From the IMG/VR virus record IMGVR_UViG_3300045747_000505: 64,000 bases of DNA; one strand, 5' to 3'. The notes beneath the pieces were generated by a model. It had not been told where the DNA came from. It did not search any database and saw nothing but the letters and a program-made list of their open reading frames with translations. Of the stretch, positions 41,283 through 51,596 are shown one piece after another. The position numbers and the translations under genes are program-made. Origin of the DNA: a virus. Lineage: Duplodnaviria; Caudoviricetes. Position 1 is the first letter of the stretch, and each line of letters starts with the position of its first letter.

Positions 41283-42656
41283 ATGACCACCGACTGGCAC
41301 TACCACAACGATTGGGCGTCGTCACCAGCTGATCGCAACACCTTCGCAGACCGTGAAGCGCAGCGTCTTCAAGGACGACAGAGCGCCGCGCTGCCGACCT
41401 GGAACTTCGACGACACTCCGGCGAGCGACACCCCATCCAAGACCCGGTGGCGCTTCAACGATGGGCCGTGGCAGTATCCAGTAGGAACAAACAACATGAT
41501 CAACGACCGCGTTCTCAAGCACTACCTGGCGCAGTGGATCCACAAGCATGGCTGCGTGACTATCAACAATGATCCTGAAGACGACATCGAAGACACGCTC
41601 GCGCAAGCCATGGCCGACACCGCCTCGTTGCGTGCGGCTGGCTTCATTCGGCCGGATCAGCACGCGTGTGAAGCCGCGTATCATCACTCGATGGCCTATG
41701 CTCATGTGGAGTCCATTTATCACGATCTCTACTATGATGCATCCGCCGACTGCTACAAGACTCCAGAATCCAATCCATCAGCGCGCTGGCCTACGGCTGA
41801 TGGTTCTACAACGGCCGACAAAGGAAACGCAATGAGCAATACCTCCAATCTGTTCGGCAACATGCCGGGCTCCAGCAAGTTCATGGATCGCCTCTTCAAG
41901 AAGGCGGACAACATCGTCTGGGATCTGATGACCGGCCGCGTCGGCATTCAGACCGCCGATGGCATCGCCACCCTCGAGGGCGATGGCGATGACGCGCAGA
42001 TCACCATCAACCTGATGGACCAGTTCGGCATGGGCATTCCGGCCTTCGCCCAATCGACCCCGATCAGCGCCGTCAATGTCGGCGACATCATCTTCTTCGG
42101 CGCCAAGGACGCACCGGGCTGGGTCATCGAGAAGAAGGGCAACGTCATCACGACGCCGGGCACTGCCGCCAAGCGTGGCTCCAAGGGTGTTCCGGCCGTG
42201 GCCGCAGTAGCGCCGACCGTCACCGTGACCTCGCCGAAGTTCGTGCTGATGAAGGTCGACGGCACCCGCTCGACCTGGACCCCGCCGAAGGTCTCCATGC
42301 TCGGCATGGACAGCGGCGTGATGGTGCTGCGCTCGCTGATGTCGATGCTGCCTGGCGGCCAAGCCGGTCTGCAAGGCATGCAGTCGATGCTGATGCCGAT
42401 GATGATGTCCGGCATGATGGGCGACGGTGATGACGGTGGCATGAACATGGAAGCCATGATCCCGATGATGCTGATGGGCCAGCAGCAAGCGCCGCTGGTT
42501 CAGGCTGCCGACGGCACCGTCGTCGCCGCTCCGAACCCGATGGCCCAGATGATGCCGATGATGGCTGTGATGGCCATGATGAAGAAGATGAACAACGGCG
42601 GTGGCAACGGCAACTCGAACAGCGGCAACGGCGGTAAGCGCAGCCCTTTCAACTGA
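41283..42656 (+). CDS. Hypothetical protein with Met/Gly/Asn-rich C-terminus; strong in-frame internal start at 41832
   Basis: One open frame; AAGGA-N6-ATG at 41832; MMPMMAVMAMMKKM tail. Confidence 0.65.
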   Translation: MTTDWHYHNDWASSPADRNTFADREAQRLQGRQSAALPTWNFDDTPASDTPSKTRWRFNDGPWQYPVGTNNMINDRVLKHYLAQWIHKHGCVTINNDPEDDIEDTLAQAMADTASLRAAGFIRPDQHACEAAYHHSMAYAHVESIYHDLYYDASADCYKTPESNPSARWPTADGSTTADKGNAMSNTSNLFGNMPGSSKFMDRLFKKADNIVWDLMTGRVGIQTADGIATLEGDGDDAQITINLMDQFGMGIPAFAQSTPISAVNVGDIIFFGAKDAPGWVIEKKGNVITTPGTAAKRGSKGVPAVAAVAPTVTVTSPKFVLMKVDGTRSTWTPPKVSMLGMDSGVMVLRSLMSMLPGGQAGLQGMQSMLMPMMMSGMMGDGDDGGMNMEAMIPMMLMGQQQAPLVQAADGTVVAAPNPMAQMMPMMAVMAMMKKMNNGGGNGNSNSGNGGKRSPFN

Positions 42657-42742
42657 CGCTGGCCGACGAGGACAAGGTCGAGGACGAGCGAAGCCGGTAT
42701 CTTGACGGCATCAATCAACTCGACCGGTCAGTCAGCGATAGT

Positions 42743-43129
42743 TTGGGTCCAACAATCACCGTCACTGGGCTGACGAAGAACGCAGCGGCGCGTCGCGTCA
42801 TTCTGGATGCCTCACACGAAGCCTACGCTGTTGACCAGTGCCTGTTCCTCGTCGCTGACGTGAACAACCCGTTCAACAAGGAAGGTGTGATGCTGCACGA
42901 CGGCAAGGCCAAGATTGGCGTTGTGCACAGCACCGACAAGGCTCGAGCAGTACGCAAGTACCTCGACGAGCTGAGCGCTAAGCTAGGCTATGACGTGGTG
43001 CTGGTGGTTTCATCGCCACCGCTTGGCAAGGAGTTCCTCGGGTTCACGTCGCTGAACGTGCACATCGAGGGTTATGTCTATGAACGGTACGCGCGCAAGT
43101 TCGCCGCTGTCGTTCGATCGAAGGAGTAA
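42743..43129 (+). CDS. Hypothetical protein (start uncertain)
   Basis: Frame is open further upstream; fills the gap before the vWA gene. Confidence 0.5.
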   Translation: MGPTITVTGLTKNAAARRVILDASHEAYAVDQCLFLVADVNNPFNKEGVMLHDGKAKIGVVHSTDKARAVRKYLDELSAKLGYDVVLVVSSPPLGKEFLGFTSLNVHIEGYVYERYARKFAAVVRSKE

Positions 43130-43132
43130 ATC

Positions 43133-44038
43133 ATGGGTGGTGGAACCTGGTCAAGCGCATCGTACGACACGTACGCGCGCACAACGAACTATCAAACGGC
43201 GCCGCAAGAGAAGGTCTTCTCGCGGTACATGAACGCTGCGCTTGACCCGCGCAACATTCGCGTCGGCGCTGGTCCGAACGTCGGTCGTCAACTGCGCGAG
43301 AGCTGCGACAGCCCCGAGAACCCGAAGTCAACGCCGATCATCCTCGGCCTCGACGTCACTGGCTCCATGGGCGAGATCGCTGAGCAGATCGCCAAGATCG
43401 AGCTGCCGAAGCTGATGACGCAGATCCACGAGACCAGCGTGGTCAAGGACCCGCACGTCATGTTCATGGGCCTCGATGACGTCTACGCTCAAGGCCACGG
43501 CGCGCTGCAAGTGTCGCAGTTCGAGCCGGACATTCGCATCGTCGAACAGCTTCGTCAGATGTGGCTGGTCAAGAACGGTGGTGGCAACGGCAGCGAGAGC
43601 TACGACCTGGCCTGGTACTTCGCAGCCAACTACACTGTTGCCGACAGCTACGAGAAGCGTGGCAACCGTGGTTTCCTGTTCACGTTCGGCGACGAGCCGG
43701 CACCGTTTCAAACGATGTCGACGCACGACCTCGAAACGATCTTCGGACCTGGTCAGTACGAGAGCGCGAAGCCGGCCGACAGCCTGCGCGCCGCTCAAGA
43801 GAAGTATCGCGTCTTCCACATCATCGTCGAGCGCGGTGGTCGTGATCGCAAGACGCACGCGTCGTGGACCGAGATGCTCGGCGACAACGCGATCTTCCTG
43901 CGCAACCCGGCGTACCTCACCGAGGTCGTGCTGGCGACGATGTGCATCGCGAACGGCGAGGACATTCACGAGGTCATCAACTCGTCGGACCATCCCGACA
44001 CGCTGACCTACGCGTTTCAGAACGCTCTGCAAGGGTAA
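43133..44038 (+). CDS. von Willebrand factor A domain protein
   Basis: MGGGTWS N-terminus; MIDAS-like DVTGSMG; GGGNGSESY; LFTFGDE. Confidence 0.88.
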   Translation: MGGGTWSSASYDTYARTTNYQTAPQEKVFSRYMNAALDPRNIRVGAGPNVGRQLRESCDSPENPKSTPIILGLDVTGSMGEIAEQIAKIELPKLMTQIHETSVVKDPHVMFMGLDDVYAQGHGALQVSQFEPDIRIVEQLRQMWLVKNGGGNGSESYDLAWYFAANYTVADSYEKRGNRGFLFTFGDEPAPFQTMSTHDLETIFGPGQYESAKPADSLRAAQEKYRVFHIIVERGGRDRKTHASWTEMLGDNAIFLRNPAYLTEVVLATMCIANGEDIHEVINSSDHPDTLTYAFQNALQG

Positions 44039-44041
44039 GCG

Positions 44042-44212
44042 ATGTCCGACCAGCGCATCTCGAAGTATTCCATTCTGGTGGCCGAGACCACTCGCGACCT
44101 TGCGCGGATGGTCGATGAAGAGCTGAAAAAGGGTTGGCAGCCGTTTGGCTCCGTCTATCTGAATGAGCAGGGCTTTCCTTGCCAACCCGTCATTCGTTAT
44201 CTAGGGACTTGA
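44042..44212 (+). CDS. Small DUF1737-like protein (56 aa)
   Basis: YSILVAETTRDLARMVDEELKKGWQPFGSV. Confidence 0.55.
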   Translation: MSDQRISKYSILVAETTRDLARMVDEELKKGWQPFGSVYLNEQGFPCQPVIRYLGT

Positions 44213-44213
44213 C

Positions 44214-45431
44214 ATGACATACGTGGTGATTGGCGCGAACTATGGCGACGAGGGCAAGGGTCTCATGACCGACTACCTGACTCGCCAGCATGGGGTTGAC
44301 CTCGTCTGCCGCTTCAACGGCGGTGCGCAGGCTGGCCACACGGTGGTGGACGGCGACTACACGCACGTCTACAAGCACATCGGCTCTGGCCACAAGGCTG
44401 GCGCGCAAACCTATCTGGGCAAGCGCTTCATCGTGAATCCGCTGCTGCTGGTCAACGAGGTCGCCGAGCTGTCGCAGACCGTTGCGCCGGCTGGTGAGGT
44501 CGTTGTTCACCCAGACGCGATGGTCACCACGTTCTACGATATGGTCCTCAACGCCTCGCTTGAGGAGGCACGTGGTGTTGACCGCCACGGCTCCTGCGGC
44601 TTCGGCATCAACGAGACCGTGACGCGCCACCTGGCCGGCTTCAACCTGATGATCAAGGACGTGAAGTCTGCATCGCTTGGGCTGCTCACGCAGATGATTG
44701 AGGAGCTGGCCACCATGTGGGTACCAAGTCGCGCTCACGACCTTGGCCTCTCGCGTCAGCTTAAAGACCCCAACTCGCTGCTCAGCAAGACGCTCGACCC
44801 TGCCAACTACGCGCAGTACGCAAGCGACCTGCTCAACGGCGCCGCGCTGCTGACGGTCATGGACTCCAACCAGTTCATCACTGGCTCGTCGGTCCTCTTC
44901 GAGGGTGCTCAAGGTCTGGCGCTCGACGAGCTGCTTGGTGAGTTCCCACACGTCACTCGCTCGCTGACTGGGCTGCCGTACGCCATCGAGCAGGCTGCAG
45001 AGCTCGGCCTCGAATATCTGCAGCCGTTGTACGTGACGCGCTGCTACGCCACTCGGCACGGCGCTGGTCCGTTGCCGAACGACAATCTGGCCGTCTCGAA
45101 CAAGCCGCTGGTCGACACGACGAACGTCACCAATCAGTGGCAGGGCAAGCTGCGCTACGCGCCGCTCGACATCGTGGCGCTGCGGCGACGCATTCAAGCC
45201 GACTATGACCGTAGCACGCTGCTTGCTCACATGGTTGGCGTCGAGCTGAACAGCCCAGAGGTCGCCGTGACGTGCCTTGATCAGGTCGGCATGGGCGCTT
45301 GGTTCGACGTGGACGGCTTCATGCAGTTCGTTCAGGTCAAGGACATTCCTCAGTTCATCGAGAACGCGGTTGGGTTCAAGGTCACCTTCACCAGCGCTGG
45401 ACCGACGGCTACCACAGTTTCGATTCGTTGA
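44214..45431 (+). CDS. purA: Adenylosuccinate synthetase-like protein
   Basis: GANYGDEGKG, RFNGGAQAGHT, HGSCGFGI, FEGAQGLALD, TRHGAGP. Confidence 0.88.
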   Translation: MTYVVIGANYGDEGKGLMTDYLTRQHGVDLVCRFNGGAQAGHTVVDGDYTHVYKHIGSGHKAGAQTYLGKRFIVNPLLLVNEVAELSQTVAPAGEVVVHPDAMVTTFYDMVLNASLEEARGVDRHGSCGFGINETVTRHLAGFNLMIKDVKSASLGLLTQMIEELATMWVPSRAHDLGLSRQLKDPNSLLSKTLDPANYAQYASDLLNGAALLTVMDSNQFITGSSVLFEGAQGLALDELLGEFPHVTRSLTGLPYAIEQAAELGLEYLQPLYVTRCYATRHGAGPLPNDNLAVSNKPLVDTTNVTNQWQGKLRYAPLDIVALRRRIQADYDRSTLLAHMVGVELNSPEVAVTCLDQVGMGAWFDVDGFMQFVQVKDIPQFIENAVGFKVTFTSAGPTATTVSIR

Positions 45432-45592
45432 ACACTGCCAACCTAAACAAGGTTCAAGGAGTGTTACTATTTCACAGGTTGCGACTTGATTAACCTACAT
45501 TAAAGTGGAGACAGGTTGATCTACATCATATAATTAAAGTACGTTAACAAACGCTGTGACGTACTTCAAACACTCAACCTGGACTCCACTAC

Positions 45593-46915
45593 ATGAAGCA
45601 GACACGAACCCTTCGCCTCAAAGCGCTGGTCACGGCCCTCCTCGCCGTCCCACTCATCGCCATCGCCTGCCCAGCAGATCAGGCCAAGCCATTCACGTCG
45701 GGTCCCCTCGATGCACAGGGCATGTTCTCAACCTGGATCGTCGACTCGAACGGTGTCGGCCTCTCGGTCTGCAACGTGAGCGTGACGAACGACGGCAACC
45801 CGCCACCGTGCTTCTACGATCCCGTCACGGCGACGAACCCGCTGGCCGTGGCGCTGGGCCGTGGTGGTGAAGCCTTCTTCGTCCTGTCGGACAGCGTGTG
45901 GACCACGACAGGTGCCAACCCCGTCGACGCCGTCATCGTGATGGGCATCGAGTCGGCCTTCCTCAGCCCCGATGGTCAGCCGCTCGCCGGCACTCAGACG
46001 CAGTTCCAGCGTCTTCGCACTCGCCTCAACGTGTCCGCCGTCGGTCACTACACCGTCGAAACCCCGTGGCGCACCACGACCTACACGGTCGACACGCTTC
46101 TCGCACCCGGCAATGGTCAGAACCGCTCCGAGATCTCCGACCCGATCGACATCACCTTCACGCCGAACTCGTCCGTGCCTGGCATGGTCGCTCCGTTCCT
46201 CGTCGCCACCCCGCCGATTCCTGGCTACGGTCCTGCCGAAGGCTACATCGGCGACGGTCTCACGCTGACCAACGTCACTGGCTCGCCATGCGGCACCAAC
46301 TACGTCAAGGTCACGGCTGTCGGTCTCGACGGTGTCACGCCGATCGACATCAACAACGGCTCCAACGTCTACGTGAACCCGCTCTTCACCGCGATGGGCA
46401 AGCTGGCTCCGACCGCAGCGGCTCCGCTCGCCGTGACTGGCTCCTTCTACACGACTCGTGCTGGCTCGACCACAGTGACCGTGATGGCTGATGGCGCTAC
46501 CACTGGTGCCGTGTCCGCCACCATCGACGCTGTGACCGTGCCGCTGGCTCGTGACGGCTCACGCTTCTACGCTTCGGTGCCAGTCGCAACGCTGCCAGCC
46601 ACCGTCTCGCTGACCGCCACCGATACCTCACGCCCGTCGACGTCGAACACGCAGACCGCCGGCGTCAAGGACCTCGTGACGATCGGCCTGGCCGAAGCGC
46701 GCTGCTCGATCACCGGTTGCCAGCTCTCCGTGCAAGCCTCGTCGAGCGACGACGGTTCGGTGACTGCTGCGCCGACGCTCACGCTGTCGCATCTCAATCA
46801 AGGCCTGACCCTCGGCTCCATCACCGTTCCCGCTGCCGCCATCCCGGCCTCGGTGACCATTCTCTCCTCGGCTGGTGGCGTGACCTCGCGCCCTGTGACC
46901 GTCATCAACCAGTAA
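45593..46915 (+). CDS. Secreted Cys-containing Ig-like protein (paralog A)
   Basis: Signal peptide; GPLD...SVC...PCFYDPV...GGEAFF; Thr/Ala/Val-rich beta domains. Confidence 0.85.
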   Translation: MKQTRTLRLKALVTALLAVPLIAIACPADQAKPFTSGPLDAQGMFSTWIVDSNGVGLSVCNVSVTNDGNPPPCFYDPVTATNPLAVALGRGGEAFFVLSDSVWTTTGANPVDAVIVMGIESAFLSPDGQPLAGTQTQFQRLRTRLNVSAVGHYTVETPWRTTTYTVDTLLAPGNGQNRSEISDPIDITFTPNSSVPGMVAPFLVATPPIPGYGPAEGYIGDGLTLTNVTGSPCGTNYVKVTAVGLDGVTPIDINNGSNVYVNPLFTAMGKLAPTAAAPLAVTGSFYTTRAGSTTVTVMADGATTGAVSATIDAVTVPLARDGSRFYASVPVATLPATVSLTATDTSRPSTSNTQTAGVKDLVTIGLAEARCSITGCQLSVQASSSDDGSVTAAPTLTLSHLNQGLTLGSITVPAAAIPASVTILSSAGGVTSRPVTVINQ

Positions 46916-46928
46916 GCAGATCAAACCC

Positions 46929-49742
46929 ATGAAACAAACTCTCATCGCTTCCCTCGTTGCCACGGCGCTGGCATCCATTGCCATGAGCACTGGCGCTCAA
47001 GCGCAGTGCGACATCGTCGGCACCGGCACCATCGCCTCTGGCGCAACGCCCGTCACCGCTGGCCCGCTCAACCCGGTCACTGGCTTCCCTGACTACGTGT
47101 CCGACACGCGCGGCACCTCGCTGCAGCGCTGCATCGACCCGCTCGTCTGCTTCTTCGACCCAGTCGTTCCGTCCGACCCGTTCTCGCTGCAGATCGGCAG
47201 CGGCGGTGAAGCCTTCTACTGGAGCGCTGATGCCGTGCTGTTCAACGCAGCTGGTGATCGCTTTCTGTCCGTCGGCACCGCTGCTGAAACGGCCTTTCTG
47301 CAGACTGGCCCGCTCGGCCAGCCGATCAATGGCGCGCAGTTCCCGTTCCTGCGCCTGCGCTTCGTGCTGGGCGTGCCGGTTGATGGCACCTACACGATCA
47401 AGCACCCGTACGGCACGAACGTCTTCAAGATCACCGGTGCCACTGGCACTCGCGACGTCTTCTCGACCTCTGACCGTGGCCTCGTTGCCTCGTCAACCGT
47501 GCTCGGCGCCGTCGGTCCGTTCCTCGTCACTGACCTCGCGCTCAACACCGCACCGCTCGGCTTCGTCGGTGACGCCAATGGCGCTACCGTCAACGTGGTT
47601 GGCAGCCCATGCGGCCGCAACTCGGTCGAGCTGACCGGCATCAACGCCTTCACCGGCGCGGCAGTCGACTTCGGTGTTGGTGAGACCGTGCTTTACACCG
47701 ACCAGTTCGTCGTGCAGGGCATGACGTTCGATGGCAAGGTTCAGACCCCGATGACGGCTTCACGCCTGTCCTACTCGCGCAGCCTGGCTGGCGCTGGTCA
47801 GATCGATGCGTTCGCAACCTCCACCACAACCGCCGTGGTCACCGTGCAAGATGGTCCGACCATCGCCGCTGGCACTGGTCGCATCGCGCTGCCAGTCACG
47901 CTGAGCAGCCTCGCGCTGAACGCCACCGATGGCATCGACTCGACCAGCGTGGCCGTTGTCGACGCTTCAGCTGTGCCGAAGATCCTGTCCATCTCTGCAA
48001 CCGACGCGCTCACCGACAAGACCACGTACAACCTGCCGCTGGTCGACTTCGTCGACGTGTCGCAGGCCGACTACGATCCGGCCACCGGCGTGCTGTCCAT
48101 CGCTGCCGCCTCTGGCGACCAGCGCGTGGCTCCGACGCTGACCGTGCGCGATCTCGGTGTCATCACCGCCAACCCGATGCTCTTCACGACCGTGGCTCCG
48201 CCGTCGCTCGTGATCGTCGACTCCTCGGCTGGTGGTTCTTCCTCGGCTCCGGTTCGCATCATCGCTGCTGCACCGCCGGCTGCTCCTACTGGCCTGGTCT
48301 CGACCGGCGCCACGTCGCTGACGATGACGCTGTCATGGGCTGACAACTCGACCAACGAGACCGGCTTCCGTGTCTATCAAGTCGTTGGTGCCACTCGCAC
48401 TCTCGTTGCCACGACCGCTGCCAACGCCACGACGTACACCGCCACTGGCCTCACCGCTGCAACGGCCTACACGTTCCAGATCGACGCGTTCAACAACTCC
48501 GGCATCGCCTCGTCGAACACCGTCGTCGCCTCCACGCTGGCTCTGCCGGTCGCACCGTCTGGTGTCGTGGCTGCTCTCGGTGCCGCTCGCACGGTCAACC
48601 TGGCCTGGGTGGACAACTCGCTCGATGAGACCGGCTTCCTGATCCAACGCGCTACCGTCGCCGCTGGCCCGTACACCACGCTGACCACAACGCTCGCCGG
48701 CGTGACCTCGCTGATCGATGCAACGCCTGCCACTGGCACGACCTACTTCTACCGTGTCACAGCGGTGCGTGGTGTCGACGTCAGCCCAGTCGCTCAGTCG
48801 CTCGGCCTGACCACTCCGACCGTGCCGACCTCCGCTGGCGTGCCGACCTTCACCGCAGTGTCTGGCACCTCAGTGACCGTGAACTGGGCTGACCGCTCGC
48901 TCAACGAGACCGGCTTCCAGGTCTACCGTCGTGCTGGCACCCTCGGCGCCTTCACCGCCATCACTGGCGTTCTCGCTGCGAACTCAACGTCCTTCATCGA
49001 CTCGACCGTCGTGGCTGGCACGCAGTACTTCTACCGTGTCGATGCCAGCAACTGGGCTGGTGTGGCTCCGTCTGGTGTCTCGCTCGGTGTGACACCGTCC
49101 GCCGCTGCACAACCGCTCGTTGCCGTCGCTGGTCTCACCGCCACCCCGACCGCTGCACCGACCGTGCTGACCTGGACCGACCAAGCCAGCGAGACCGGCT
49201 TCCGCGTTCGTCGTCGTGCCATCACGATCGACGTCGACGGCAAGGTCACCACTGGTGCCTTCACCACGCTCGCCACGACGGCTGCCAACGTGACGTCCTA
49301 CACGACGCCAGCGGTGCTTGCCAACTCGATCTACGAGTACGAAGTGGCTGCGGTCAGCGGTGTCACGGTTGGTCCGATCGCTCCGGTGGTTCGTGCCGTG
49401 CCTGGTGGCATCGGTGGTGTGGTTGGAACGCCAGCCATCTTCATCGCCAACAACGGTCGCATCGGCTTCGACTTCAACCGCGTCAATCAGCCTGCCGTTG
49501 GTGGCTATGACATTCAGCGCTGCACCGTGACGGTCACCGACACCTGCGCAGCAACCAGCGCCGGTTGGGCAACCCGTGGCACGATCCTTGGTCGTCAGCG
49601 CGCCTCGCCTGTGACGTTCAACGAGACCATCGCCGCGTCGAACCCGCGCAAGACGTACCGCTACCGCTCTGTCACCACGACCGGTCCGATCGTGACTGGC
49701 GTGACCGGAACTCCGTCCGCAACAGCGCAGATTGTCCGATAA
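46929..49742 (+). CDS. Secreted protein (937 aa): paralog of A at the N-terminus plus about 4-5 FN3 repeats
   Basis: Signal peptide; GPLN...QRC...CFFDPV...GGEAFY; repeated W-D-S-NETGF...Y-YRV. Confidence 0.88.
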   Translation: MKQTLIASLVATALASIAMSTGAQAQCDIVGTGTIASGATPVTAGPLNPVTGFPDYVSDTRGTSLQRCIDPLVCFFDPVVPSDPFSLQIGSGGEAFYWSADAVLFNAAGDRFLSVGTAAETAFLQTGPLGQPINGAQFPFLRLRFVLGVPVDGTYTIKHPYGTNVFKITGATGTRDVFSTSDRGLVASSTVLGAVGPFLVTDLALNTAPLGFVGDANGATVNVVGSPCGRNSVELTGINAFTGAAVDFGVGETVLYTDQFVVQGMTFDGKVQTPMTASRLSYSRSLAGAGQIDAFATSTTTAVVTVQDGPTIAAGTGRIALPVTLSSLALNATDGIDSTSVAVVDASAVPKILSISATDALTDKTTYNLPLVDFVDVSQADYDPATGVLSIAAASGDQRVAPTLTVRDLGVITANPMLFTTVAPPSLVIVDSSAGGSSSAPVRIIAAAPPAAPTGLVSTGATSLTMTLSWADNSTNETGFRVYQVVGATRTLVATTAANATTYTATGLTAATAYTFQIDAFNNSGIASSNTVVASTLALPVAPSGVVAALGAARTVNLAWVDNSLDETGFLIQRATVAAGPYTTLTTTLAGVTSLIDATPATGTTYFYRVTAVRGVDVSPVAQSLGLTTPTVPTSAGVPTFTAVSGTSVTVNWADRSLNETGFQVYRRAGTLGAFTAITGVLAANSTSFIDSTVVAGTQYFYRVDASNWAGVAPSGVSLGVTPSAAAQPLVAVAGLTATPTAAPTVLTWTDQASETGFRVRRRAITIDVDGKVTTGAFTTLATTAANVTSYTTPAVLANSIYEYEVAAVSGVTVGPIAPVVRAVPGGIGGVVGTPAIFIANNGRIGFDFNRVNQPAVGGYDIQRCTVTVTDTCAATSAGWATRGTILGRQRASPVTFNETIAASNPRKTYRYRSVTTTGPIVTGVTGTPSATAQIVR

Positions 49743-49753
49743 ATAGCTGAATC

Positions 49754-49782
49754 AGCAGGAGGTCGAGAGTCGACCTCCTGCT
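49754..49782 (+). terminator. Strong hairpin terminator
   Basis: AGCAGGAGGTCGA-GAG-TCGACCTCCTGCT. Confidence 0.7.
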
Positions 49783-49892
49783 TCCTCTGAACCTAGATTT
49801 TGAGTTACCAGAAATTGCCCAACTGAGCTATAATCAGTCTACCGACAGGACAAAGAGTCCTGCTCATTCAACCACTCGTTAGGAGCTAACGT

Positions 49893-51413
49893 ATGAACCG
49901 CCAAGAATCCCGCGCCATTTCCACCAAGTTCGATGTCCGCACGCTGCTGCAACCCAAGGACACCGACAAGCCGTATCCGATCATCGACGACCTGCTCGTC
50001 AGCCTGATCTTCCAGACCGACAGCTACAAGTTCACCCACCCCTTCATGTTCGCCGAGCTGAACAAGCGCGTCGGCAAGCCGCGTGTTGTTGGCATGTCCA
50101 GCTACGGCGAAGCCCGTGTCGGCCGCAGCGAGAAGGTTACCGTGTTCGGTGGCCAGATGGGCGTCAACAAGCTGTTCTCACGTCCCATCACGATGAAGGA
50201 CGTCGATGCCGCCGAAGCCTTCGCGCTGGCCCACTTCGGTCGTCCGCTGTTCGCCCGCTCTGCCTGGGAGAAGGTCGTCAACGAGTACGATGGCTACATC
50301 CCCGCCATCATCCGCGCCGTGCCGGATGGCACCGTCATCCGTGGTGGTCTGCCGATCTACTCGGTCACCGTCCTGGACATCGACCTGTTCTGGATGTCGA
50401 GCGGCATCGAGACCGCTCTGCTCCGTGCCTACTGGTACCCGACCACCATCGCCTCGCTGGACCGCGACACCAAGGTCGAGCTCAAGCGCTTCTACGAAAT
50501 CGGTGGCGCCGATCTGGCCGGTCTCGAGTTCGCGCTGCACGACTTCGGCGGTCGCGGCGTCACCTGCTCCGAACAAGCGCAGGTTGGCGGTGCCGCTCAC
50601 TTGGTCTCCTTCATGGGCTCCGACACCATCGAGGGTGTGCTGGCCATGAACTACTACTACGACTCGCCGATGTCGGCCTTCTCCGTGTTCGCCACCGAGC
50701 ACAGCGTCGAGTGCTCCTTTGGTCTGGACGACGCCGGTGAGCGCGATTACCTCAAGGCGCTGCTCATCAACGCCGTCGAAGGATCCATCGTCTCGATCGT
50801 CATCGACGGCAAGGACATGTGGCGTTGTGCCGAGACGCTGTGCTCGCCCGAGTTCCGTGATCTCATCATCGCCTCCAAGGCCAAGGTCGTCTTCCGTCCT
50901 GACTCTGGCGACATGCTGGAAGTTGTGCCGCGTCTCCTGCGCCTGCAAGACGCTGCCTTCGGTCACACCGTCATCAACGGCTACAAGAAGATCAACTACG
51001 TCGGCATCATCTACGGCGACGGCGTCGATCGCATGAACATGCTCACGATGGTCGGCAACATCATGGCCATGGGCTACGCTCCTGACTGCATGGTGTTCGG
51101 CTCCGGCGGTGCGCTGCTGATGAAGGTCAACCGCGACACCTACAAGTGGGCTCAGAAGGGTTCATGCCTGTTCTTCGAAGACGGCACCACCCTCGGCATC
51201 GCCAAGGACCCGGTCACCGACCATGGCAAGAAGTCGAAGGAAGGTCTGATGACCGTGTTGCGCCACAAGATGACCGGTGAACTGAGCGCCGGCCGCCTCG
51301 ATCTCGGTCCCATCAGCGACGAGTTCGAAGACATCCACGTGCTGATGTACCACACCGGCAAGGTCTACAACAAGACCAACGCTGCTGAAGTGCGCGAACG
51401 CGCTGCGGTGTAA
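49893..51413 (+). CDS. nadV: Nicotinamide phosphoribosyltransferase (NAMPT)
   Basis: TDSYKFTH, ETALLRAYWYPTTIAS, LHDFGGRG, AHLVSFMGSDT, ATEHS, RPDSG, YGDG, FGSGGALL, KDPVTDHGKKSKEG. Confidence 0.96.
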   Translation: MNRQESRAISTKFDVRTLLQPKDTDKPYPIIDDLLVSLIFQTDSYKFTHPFMFAELNKRVGKPRVVGMSSYGEARVGRSEKVTVFGGQMGVNKLFSRPITMKDVDAAEAFALAHFGRPLFARSAWEKVVNEYDGYIPAIIRAVPDGTVIRGGLPIYSVTVLDIDLFWMSSGIETALLRAYWYPTTIASLDRDTKVELKRFYEIGGADLAGLEFALHDFGGRGVTCSEQAQVGGAAHLVSFMGSDTIEGVLAMNYYYDSPMSAFSVFATEHSVECSFGLDDAGERDYLKALLINAVEGSIVSIVIDGKDMWRCAETLCSPEFRDLIIASKAKVVFRPDSGDMLEVVPRLLRLQDAAFGHTVINGYKKINYVGIIYGDGVDRMNMLTMVGNIMAMGYAPDCMVFGSGGALLMKVNRDTYKWAQKGSCLFFEDGTTLGIAKDPVTDHGKKSKEGLMTVLRHKMTGELSAGRLDLGPISDEFEDIHVLMYHTGKVYNKTNAAEVRERAAV

Positions 51414-51417
51414 GACC

Positions 51418-51513
51418 GTGCTTGCCTCACTCTACGAGCATCGCCCCAAGATCATGTCAGCGCTGCTCATCTGCCTCGCGATCATGATCGGCGCCTGGAT
51501 CGTCATCTGGTAA
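51418..51513 (+). CDS. 31-aa membrane peptide
   Basis: MLASLYEHRPKIMSALLICLAIMIGAWIVIW. Confidence 0.4.
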   Translation: MLASLYEHRPKIMSALLICLAIMIGAWIVIW

Positions 51514-51596
51514 GCGTTACAACTGTTACAGACGCGTAGCGTCAACCTTGGAGTATAATGGCCTCATCGACAACAAGTCTTTGAGGCCATTCTCGT

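Noticed and set aside
41283-41831. N-terminal 183 codons of the 457-aa ORF as a separate frameshifted gene
   Set aside because: No stop separates it from the 41832 start; whether it is a true extension cannot be decided without homologues
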